Source of the DNA: Halomicrobium mukohataei DSM 12286
Lineage (GTDB): Archaea; Halobacteriota; Halobacteria; Halobacteriales; Haloarculaceae
Assembly (NCBI RefSeq): GCF_000023965.1
Contig: NC_013201.1
Span: 180,001 to 212,000, forward strand
Direction of reading: 5' to 3'
Length of the DNA: 32,000 nt
Shown: positions 26,092 to 32,000 of the stretch, in pieces
Layout: every line of letters begins with the position of its first letter
Position numbering within the stretch: position 1 is the stretch's first letter
Made by a program: the position numbers and the translations under genes
The notes under the pieces: model-generated
Seen by the model: the letters and a program-made list of their open reading frames with translations, nothing else
Told to the model about the DNA's origin: nothing
Databases searched by the model: none

Positions 26092-26997
26092 ATGAGCCCA
26101 GCGATCGATTCGATACTCGTGCCGACCGACGGGAGCGAGGGAGCCACAGTCGGCGCACAGCGCGGGATCGACCTGGCGGCGACGGCCGACGCGGACGTAC
26201 ACGTGCTGTCGGTGGTCGACACCCGCGAGATCGAGCCGCCGCTGTCGCGGTTCGGTGGCAAGGACCGTTCAGACAGAGAACAGCTGTTCGAGGACGAGGC
26301 CAAGCGGGCAGTCGATAGCGTCGCCGGGCTCGCACGGACACACCTCTCAGGTCGAGTCACCGGAACAGTCGAGCGAGGCGTGCCGTTCCAGGCGATCAAC
26401 GAGTACGTCGAGGCACACGACATCGACGTGGTCGCGATGGGGACCCACGGACGGACCGGCCTCCAGCGACTCCTGCTGGGCAGCGTCGCCGAGAAGGTCC
26501 TTCGGACTGCGAGTGTCCCGGTCGTTGCAGTCCCGTCGACCGCCGACGAGATCGAGCCCGGCGAGGGAAGCTACGAGAACATCTTGCTGCCGACGGACAA
26601 CAGCGATGGCGCGTCGGTCGCGATCGACTGGGGGATGACGCTGGCGACGCTGTACGGTGCGATGGTATACACCATCTACTCGGTCGATACGAGCCTGTTG
26701 TCCGGGTCCGAGAGAGCGAGCGAGATCCACGGAGCGCTGGAACGGGTCGGCCGAGACGCGCTCGATGCGGTCCGACGGCGTGCTCGGGCGGCCGACATCA
26801 GTGTCGCGGGCAACATTGGGAGCGGACCGGCCGCGCGCGTGATCCTCGCCGAGAGCGGCGACCACGACATCGATCTGATCGTGATGGGGACCCACGGCCG
26901 TTCCGGTATCGACCGGTACCTCATCGGCAGCGTGACCGAGACAGTCGTTCGCAACGCCGACGTGCCGGTCTGCTGTGTCCCGATGACGGAGCTGTGA
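26092..26997 (+). CDS. Universal stress protein, tandem (two USP domains)
   Basis: [11 protein letters not shown] ... [25 protein letters not shown], then [11 protein letters not shown] ... [37 protein letters not shown]-like box lies about 27 nt upstream. Confidence 0.9.
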   Translation: MSPAIDSILVPTDGSEGATVGAQRGIDLAATADADVHVLSVVDTREIEPPLSRFGGKDRSDREQLFEDEAKRAVDSVAGLARTHLSGRVTGTVERGVPFQAINEYVEAHDIDVVAMGTHGRTGLQRLLLGSVAEKVLRTASVPVVAVPSTADEIEPGEGSYENILLPTDNSDGASVAIDWGMTLATLYGAMVYTIYSVDTSLLSGSERASEIHGALERVGRDALDAVRRRARAADISVAGNIGSGPAARVILAESGDHDIDLIVMGTHGRSGIDRYLIGSVTETVVRNADVPVCCVPMTEL

Positions 26998-27046
26998 GTC
27001 CACCGCCGAGAACTATTTAGCGTTCCGACGGCTACGAGCGGTCACG

Positions 27047-27655
27047 ATGATGGCGACGACCCACGCGCTCTGGGGGATGGCGGTCGCGTTGCCGGTCCTG
27101 GCGAGCGAGCCGACACTCGCGCCGGTAGCCTTCGGAGCGGGACTCGCGGGTGGTCTGCTCCCCGACCTCGATCTCTACGCCGGCCACCGGAAGACGCTGC
27201 ACTATCCGGTGTATGCGCCGCTGGCCGCTGTCCCGGCGGTCACACTCGCGATCGCCACGCCCTCGACGGTGACGGTCGGGATCGCCGTGGGCCTCACCGC
27301 GATGGCGCTCCACGCCGTCACCGACGCTGCGGGCGGTGGCCTCGAACTCCGACCGTGGCTCGCCGACTCTGATCGGGCCGTCTACAGCCACTATCACGGC
27401 CGCTGGATCCGTCCCCGGCGGTGGGTCCGCTACGACGGTGCTCCCGAGGATCTCGCCGTCGCCGGCATCGCGACCGTGTCACTCGCCGCCGTCGCCGGCA
27501 GTGCCGTCACCGCGGTCGCCGTCGCGTTGCTGGCTGTCTCGGCCGTGTACGTCCTGGTGCGCAAGTCGCTGGCGACGCTGGCCGAGCACCTCGTCGGCCT
27601 GCTCCCGACACCCGTCCTGTCCTACGTCCCCGAGCGCTACCGCGAGAGTCAGTAG
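27047..27655 (+). CDS. Membrane-bound metal-dependent hydrolase (YdjM/DUF457-like)
   Basis: Hydrophobic protein starting MMATTHALWGMAVALPVL, with GGLLPDLDLYAGHRKTLHYP and HAVTDAAGGG. The His/Asp pattern resembles DUF457 (by eye). Confidence 0.7.
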   Translation: MMATTHALWGMAVALPVLASEPTLAPVAFGAGLAGGLLPDLDLYAGHRKTLHYPVYAPLAAVPAVTLAIATPSTVTVGIAVGLTAMALHAVTDAAGGGLELRPWLADSDRAVYSHYHGRWIRPRRWVRYDGAPEDLAVAGIATVSLAAVAGSAVTAVAVALLAVSAVYVLVRKSLATLAEHLVGLLPTPVLSYVPERYRESQ

Positions 27656-27714
27656 TCTCTGCGGTCGGGAGCGATGCCACCGATTTATCTGACTGCTGGG
27701 CGAACATCGCGGTG

Positions 27715-28167
27715 ATGTACGACCGAATCCTCCTCCCGACGGACATGAGCCCCGGTGTCGACCGGGCGATCGAGCACGCGATCGACGCCGCCGAGCGATA
27801 CGACGCCGCCCTCCACGTGCTGTACGTCGTCGACGCCGACGCCTACAGCTCCTACCCCGGCGACGAGTACGTCCACGAGTTCGAAGGACTGGAACACGCG
27901 CTCGAAGAAGCCGGCCGCGACGCGGTCGAAGCGATCACCGCCAGGGCGGCCGACGCGGGGATCGACACGGTGAGCGAGATCCGCCACGGTGTCCCACACG
28001 AGGAGATCCTCGCGTACGGCGACGAAGCCGACATCGACCTGACTGTCGTCGGGTCGAAAAACCGGGCCGGAGAGTACCGTCGGCTGCTCGGCAGCGTCGC
28101 AGAGCGGGTTGCTCGACTGTCGGAACGGCCCGTAACGGTCGTGAAGACGCCGGTCGAATCGTCCTGA
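27715..28167 (+). CDS. Universal stress protein (single domain)
   Basis: From ATG 27715: MYDRILLPTDMSPGVDRAIEHAI ... DLTVVGSKNRAGEYRRLLGSVAERVARLSERPVTVV. The upstream part of the track ORF is Arg-rich off-frame sequence of the preceding gene. Confidence 0.9.
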   Translation: MYDRILLPTDMSPGVDRAIEHAIDAAERYDAALHVLYVVDADAYSSYPGDEYVHEFEGLEHALEEAGRDAVEAITARAADAGIDTVSEIRHGVPHEEILAYGDEADIDLTVVGSKNRAGEYRRLLGSVAERVARLSERPVTVVKTPVESS

Positions 28168-28246
28168 TACTGCCGGCTGTAACTGTGTCAAGAGGGTCGC
28201 GACCACGGGGTCGCAACAGTCTGTACAGACGTACGGCCGGCAGTAT
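28167..28246 (+). repeat. 80-bp nested inverted repeat (long hairpin) directly after the USP stop codon
   Basis: The outer arms are perfect 11-mers: ATACTGCCGGC (28167-28177) and GCCGGCAGTAT (28236-28246). Inner features are ACTGT/ACAGT and a central perfect 10-bp palindrome GGTCGCGACC. Confidence 0.7.
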
Positions 28247-28317
28247 GAGCACGTCGACGACCGCGCGGCGGTGGCACGCGACACCGCTATGTGTGTCGAC
28301 CGAGCAGTACGATCACG

Positions 28318-28875
28318 ATGCCACCGGACGAACGAGAGATCGAGCGGACCATCAGATACGGGTTAGTAGCGGTCTTCGTCCTGGGGCTCCGTCGTCGCGA
28401 CCCTGGGACGGTGGTAAACGCCGCCGTCGGCGTGATCGGCACCTACCTGACCGAGTTCGTCGAGCGAACGTGTGGCGTGAAACTGCAACCGTGGCACCAC
28501 CTGTACGTCGATACCGCGATGATCACCCACGCCGTGGGAATGCTGGGGCCCTACGACGACATCCAGTGGTGGGACCACGTCACCCACATCCACTCGGCGA
28601 CGATTCTCGGCGGGGCCGTCTTCGCGATCTGTCGGCGGACGGGCCGCGATCCCGGTCCGAGAGTCGTCGCCGCCGTCGCCTGTGGCGGCCTGCTGTGGGA
28701 GCTCGTCGAGTACGCCATCCACGTCGGAGCCGATCAAATCGGCGTCGAGCCGGTCCTCGTGAACTACGGCAAGCGCGATACGCTGCTCGATCTGCTGTTC
28801 GACCTCGTCGGCGCAGTGCTCGTCCTCGCGCTCGGTGATCGCGTCCTCGGAGATCTGGCGACGGCAGATACCTGA
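28318..28875 (+). CDS. Membrane protein of unknown function (His-rich motifs)
   Basis: MPPDEREIERTIRYGLVAVFVLGL..., about 4-5 hydrophobic helices, with WWDHVTHIHSATILGG and WELVEYAIH. The start may be ATG 28318 or GTG 28291. Confidence 0.65.
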   Translation: MPPDEREIERTIRYGLVAVFVLGLRRRDPGTVVNAAVGVIGTYLTEFVERTCGVKLQPWHHLYVDTAMITHAVGMLGPYDDIQWWDHVTHIHSATILGGAVFAICRRTGRDPGPRVVAAVACGGLLWELVEYAIHVGADQIGVEPVLVNYGKRDTLLDLLFDLVGAVLVLALGDRVLGDLATADT

Positions 28876-29721
28876 CGAGCCAGCAGAGGGTGAGCGGAAG
28901 TGGCGATCCGGCGAGAGAGAGTGGCCAGACGTGACTGTCGAGTGACGTTTAGTCGGCGGGTTTCCCGAAAGCGACACCGGACGGCGCGTATTGGAGAATC
29001 TATCACATCGAATGACAGTATCGGGACCTCTTACAGCATCAGTGGCAGTCATCGAGCCATACAAGACAGAACTCGTGCAAAGACGAACGACATCCTGCAC
29101 TGGGGAAGCGAACGAGCGACCGTCGAGCATCGCTCGACGAACAGTGATCGATACCGGACGACAGTACGCTAGTCCAACGATGCTGGATCGCAGTGGGAAA
29201 AGAACGAACATCGGACCCGACGGGATAGCGGAGCGGCGTCCCCCGCTGCTCGTCACCGGCCGACGGCCTGCTTTACACGCTTAGTTCTGTAAAGCTTGGT
29301 GGCAACTAGCTGCTAGCACGGGCGAGCGAGGACACTGGTCAGAGTGTGATCCCGTCGAGAGCGTCCTACAATGGTCGACTCGACGACGGTAGCTAACTGG
29401 ATGGGATTTGTATATGACGAATATCGTGTTACCATACAGACTTTTGTTCTCTTTTAGATAATATTGGTCGTGTTTTACTGTACAGTATTTACCAACACAG
29501 ACCGTACGCGGAGTTCGTCGAGACGTAGCGGCGGTAGCGTGACCGCTCTCCCGCATACAGGCAGTTTCGAGCGATATTGGACGATCGTATGGCATAAGTG
29601 GATGTTCTCCGTGGGACGACTTCGGCTTCGCCGTGCGTCGACGCGCGTGGACGGTCGACCGTACCGTCGGACAGCAGCGTTCCAGTTGGTGCGGCAAGGC
29701 CCTGGACTACCCGGTGTCGGA

Positions 29722-30489
29722 CTACGTGTACGTGATGTTGAGTTCGATGACGTTGGCGACGCTCTTGAGCTTCGCAGGGAGTTCCGAACGGAAGCGATCT
29801 CCCTGGAGTCGGCTCGTCGGTCCGGAGACGCTGATCGCGCCCTCGACGACGTCGTCGTTGTTCACGATCGGGACGGCGACACACCGCAGGCCCTTGACGC
29901 GGGCTTCGTCGTCGAAGGCGACGCCCTCGGTTCGAACGCGTTTCAGGCGCTCGAACAGTTCGTCGCGTTCGGTGATCGTGTTCTCGGTCATCCCCGGGAG
30001 GCCGTGTTGCTCGATGATCTCGTCGACGCGTTCCTCGGGGAGGTGTGCGAGGATCGCGTTACCCAGCGCCGTGCTGTGGAGGTTGACCCGCTGGCCGACG
30101 TAGGAGTCGGTCTTGACGGCGTCGGCTCCGTGATCCCGGTGGATGTAGATCCCCTTGCCGTTCTCCTCGACGAGGAGGTTCGCCATCTCGCCGGTCTCCT
30201 CGGCCAGGTCGGTCACTTCGTCACGGGCGATGTCGTATATCTGCTCTCTGTGTCGGGCCTTGCCCCCGAGCGCGAGGTGTTTGAGACTGAGCCGGTACGT
30301 GCTGCCGTCCTTGACGACGTAGCCGTCCCCTTCGAGCGTGCTCAGGTAGTTGTGGATGCTGCTCTTCGACAGCGAGAAGGCGTCGGTCAGCTCCATCAGA
30401 CTCGCCTCGTTGCGGCGGCGCAACTCTTCGAGGATCTGGAAGGCCGTTTGCACTGACTGTATCTCGCCGGAGTTGTTCCGTTGGGGCAT
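29722..30489 (-). CDS. IclR-family transcription regulator
   Basis: From the internal ATG at 30489: MPQRNNSGEIQSVQTAFQILEELRRRNEASLMELTDAFSLSKSSIHNYLSTLEGDGYV (IclR HTH), followed by an IclR effector domain (GLRCVAVPIVNNDDVVEGAISVSGP). A TTTATTATC TATA-like box lies about 25 nt upstream on the minus strand. Confidence 0.9.
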   Translation of the reverse strand: MPQRNNSGEIQSVQTAFQILEELRRRNEASLMELTDAFSLSKSSIHNYLSTLEGDGYVVKDGSTYRLSLKHLALGGKARHREQIYDIARDEVTDLAEETGEMANLLVEENGKGIYIHRDHGADAVKTDSYVGQRVNLHSTALGNAILAHLPEERVDEIIEQHGLPGMTENTITERDELFERLKRVRTEGVAFDDEARVKGLRCVAVPIVNNDDVVEGAISVSGPTSRLQGDRFRSELPAKLKSVANVIELNITYT

Positions 30490-30664
30490 CGGTGTCGTCT
30501 TTCCCGTGTGTGATAATAAAGCTACTCCACCAATACTGAACGGCGGTCGCCGATGTCCGAACGGGCGGTGGTCCGTGTCCCACGAAAAATCGGCTGCTAG
30601 GGGCTGGACACCGGCGGTCGAGGCTTCCAAAGAGGCTAAATGAGTGGGGCCTAATCGACCAGAT

Positions 30665-31468
30665 ATGCGTCAGATGCCAGCGATTGGACTCGGTACGTGG
30701 CAAAACACCGACCCGGACACCTGTCGAGAGAGCGTCCGTCTCGCACTCGAAGCGGGCTACCGCCACGTCGACACCGCACAGTACTACGACAACGAACGGC
30801 TCGTCGGAGAGGGCATCGCCGAGGCCGACGTGCCCCGAGAGGAAGTGTTCGTCGCGACGAAAGTCCACGCCGAGAAGTTCGGACTCGCCCACGAGGAAGT
30901 GATCGAGGGACTGGAAGCCAGCCTCGACCGCCTCGGACTCGACTCGCTTGACCTGCTGTACGTCCACTGGCCGGTGGGCAACTACGATCCCGCGGAGACG
31001 ATGCCGGCGTTCGACGAACTCCGAGAGCGGGGCCTGATCGACCACGTCGGCCTGAGCAACTTCTCGGCCGAACTCCTCGACGAGGCGCTTGCTGAGCTCT
31101 CCGCCCCGCTGTTTGCCCACCAGGTCGAGATGCATCCGCTGCTCCAGCAGGACGAACTGCTGGCTCACGCACGCGAACACGACTACAACCTCGTGGCCTA
31201 CTCGCCGCTGGCACGCGGGAACGTCTTCGAGCTGCCCGAACTCCAGTCGATCGCGGAGAAACACGGCGTCAGTGAGGCACAGGTCAGTCTCGCCTGGCTC
31301 CAGTCCAAAGGCGTGGTGACGCCGATCCCGAAGGCGTCGAGCGAAGAACACATCCGCGACAACCTCGCGTCGCGCGAACTCGAACTCGACGAGGAGGACG
31401 TCGAGGCGATCGAGGCGATCGACCGGACCGAGCGGTTCGTCGAGCGCGACGGCGCGCCGTGGCTCTGA
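30665..31468 (+). CDS. Aldo/keto reductase
   Basis: MRQMPAIGLGTWQN, GYRHVDTAQYYDNE, LDLLYVHWP and LVAYSPLARG are canonical AKR motifs. It is divergent from the IclR gene. Confidence 0.9.
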   Translation: MRQMPAIGLGTWQNTDPDTCRESVRLALEAGYRHVDTAQYYDNERLVGEGIAEADVPREEVFVATKVHAEKFGLAHEEVIEGLEASLDRLGLDSLDLLYVHWPVGNYDPAETMPAFDELRERGLIDHVGLSNFSAELLDEALAELSAPLFAHQVEMHPLLQQDELLAHAREHDYNLVAYSPLARGNVFELPELQSIAEKHGVSEAQVSLAWLQSKGVVTPIPKASSEEHIRDNLASRELELDEEDVEAIEAIDRTERFVERDGAPWL

Positions 31469-31527
31469 AACCGGCGATCGTCCAGTAATTCGCGACCGCG
31501 ATCGAGAAGCAGTGACGGCCGACAGTG

Positions 31528-32000
31528 TCACCAGGACGTGATCGTCACGTCACGCAGCGGTCGGTCGAGGGGAACGTCGACGACGCCGCCGGTGTAGTGT
31601 GAGACGTAGAAGCCGACGATCATCTCCAGGGATCGCACGGCCTCCTCGCCGGGCGAGTAGTTCTCCGATTCACCCGCGAGGAGGTCCTGGACGTGGGCGG
31701 CGGCGTTGGCGAAGGAGTTCTTGTAGTCGTCGTCCCAGGTCCACTCGCCGTCGATGCTGTCCAGTGGCGTCTCGACGTGTTCGCCGTCTTCGAGCCGCCA
31801 GTAGCGCCACTCGCCGTCGTCGTTGTTGAGATAGAGTTTCCCCTCGGTGCCGACGAAGTTCAGCGTCATCGAAGAGATATCGCGGGGAATCGTACAGTCG
31901 ACCGTCACGAAGGTCCCGTCCTCCATGACCACGTAGCCGCCGCCACCGGCGTCGTCGACCGTCTCGTCGACGTCGAGCGAGTCGACGGCCTCGTTTTCGC
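31528..32000 (-). CDS. Gfo/Idh/MocA-family oxidoreductase, C-terminal part (5-prime end beyond the right edge)
   Basis: The minus-strand frame is open to the window edge (...ENEAVDSLDVDETVDDAGGGGYVVMEDGTFVTVDCTIPRD...LEMIVGFYVSHYTGGVVDVPL). This pattern resembles the C-terminal alpha/beta domain of the family (by eye). Confidence 0.75.
   Translation of the reverse strand, partial: ENEAVDSLDVDETVDDAGGGGYVVMEDGTFVTVDCTIPRDISSMTLNFVGTEGKLYLNNDDGEWRYWRLEDGEHVETPLDSIDGEWTWDDDYKNSFANAAAHVQDLLAGESENYSPGEEAVRSLEMIVGFYVSHYTGGVVDVPLDRPLRDVTITSW

Noticed and set aside
29281-29697. Track ORF of 138 aa (minus strand) and a 28-aa plus-strand ORF at 29371..29457 in the A+T-richer gap.
   Set aside because: The 138-aa product is basic and Cys/Arg/His-rich with no motif. 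The 28-aa ORF has no supporting signal. Neither resembles the rest of the proteome, so the region is treated as non-coding or decayed.
1-32000. A search by eye for tRNA/rRNA genes, CRISPR arrays, cas genes, restriction-modification, toxin-antitoxin pairs, IS/transposases, integrases and phage genes.
   Set aside because: I recognised none of these. There are no T-loop/anticodon-arm-like tRNA patterns, no repeat-spacer arrays, and no ORF with transposase, integrase, nuclease-helicase or other defence-type motifs. I therefore do not claim a novel defence or mobile system in this window.

Overview
The window is visibly GC-rich with G/C-dominated third codon positions. It encodes very acidic proteins, Tat plus lipobox signal peptides, a bat-type HTH_10 regulator, and TATA-like boxes about 27-30 nt upstream of start codons. 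Together these indicate a haloarchaeal (class Halobacteria) replicon segment. I support about 33 protein genes.

Gene content, left to right:
- A signalling block: 5-prime-partial HemAT-like globin-coupled transducer, a decayed receiver/PAS histidine kinase, and a large receiver-PAS-GAF-HTH_10 regulator.
- gdhA, preceded by an untracked 47-aa zinc-ribbon ORF.
- An orphan siderophore-type ABC binding protein.
- A sulfur-trafficking cluster: TusA-like, DsrE-like, rhodanese-MBL fusion, split YeeE/YedE, PiT-type permease, two-Cys HTH regulator, thioredoxin.
- proCBA.
- A four-gene ABC importer.
- A DUF6498/bPH-like membrane protein.
- A universal-stress-protein-rich block: 3 genes with 5 USP domains, plus a PPOX-like protein, a membrane hydrolase and an unknown membrane protein.
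- An IclR regulator, an aldo/keto reductase and a 5-prime-partial Gfo/Idh/MocA oxidoreductase.

I found no rRNA, tRNA, CRISPR array, IS/transposase, integrase or recognisable defence system. I cannot point to a convincing novel multi-gene system.

The unusual signals are repeat and scar features:
1. An 87-bp self-complementary element occurs twice in inverted orientation. Each copy starts exactly at the stop codon of an ABC-transporter gene, and together they bracket about 14.8 kb.
2. An identical 36-bp sequence is inserted in frame twice inside the rhodanese-MBL gene.
3. A 69-bp x 6.25 in-frame tandem array sits between the two YeeE/YedE halves.
4. Two genes are reduced to internally deleted remnants (a histidine kinase and an SDR).
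5. A long nested hairpin and an ORF-poor, A+T-richer gap of about 850 bp.

All family assignments are from reading the translations by eye. No database search was run.
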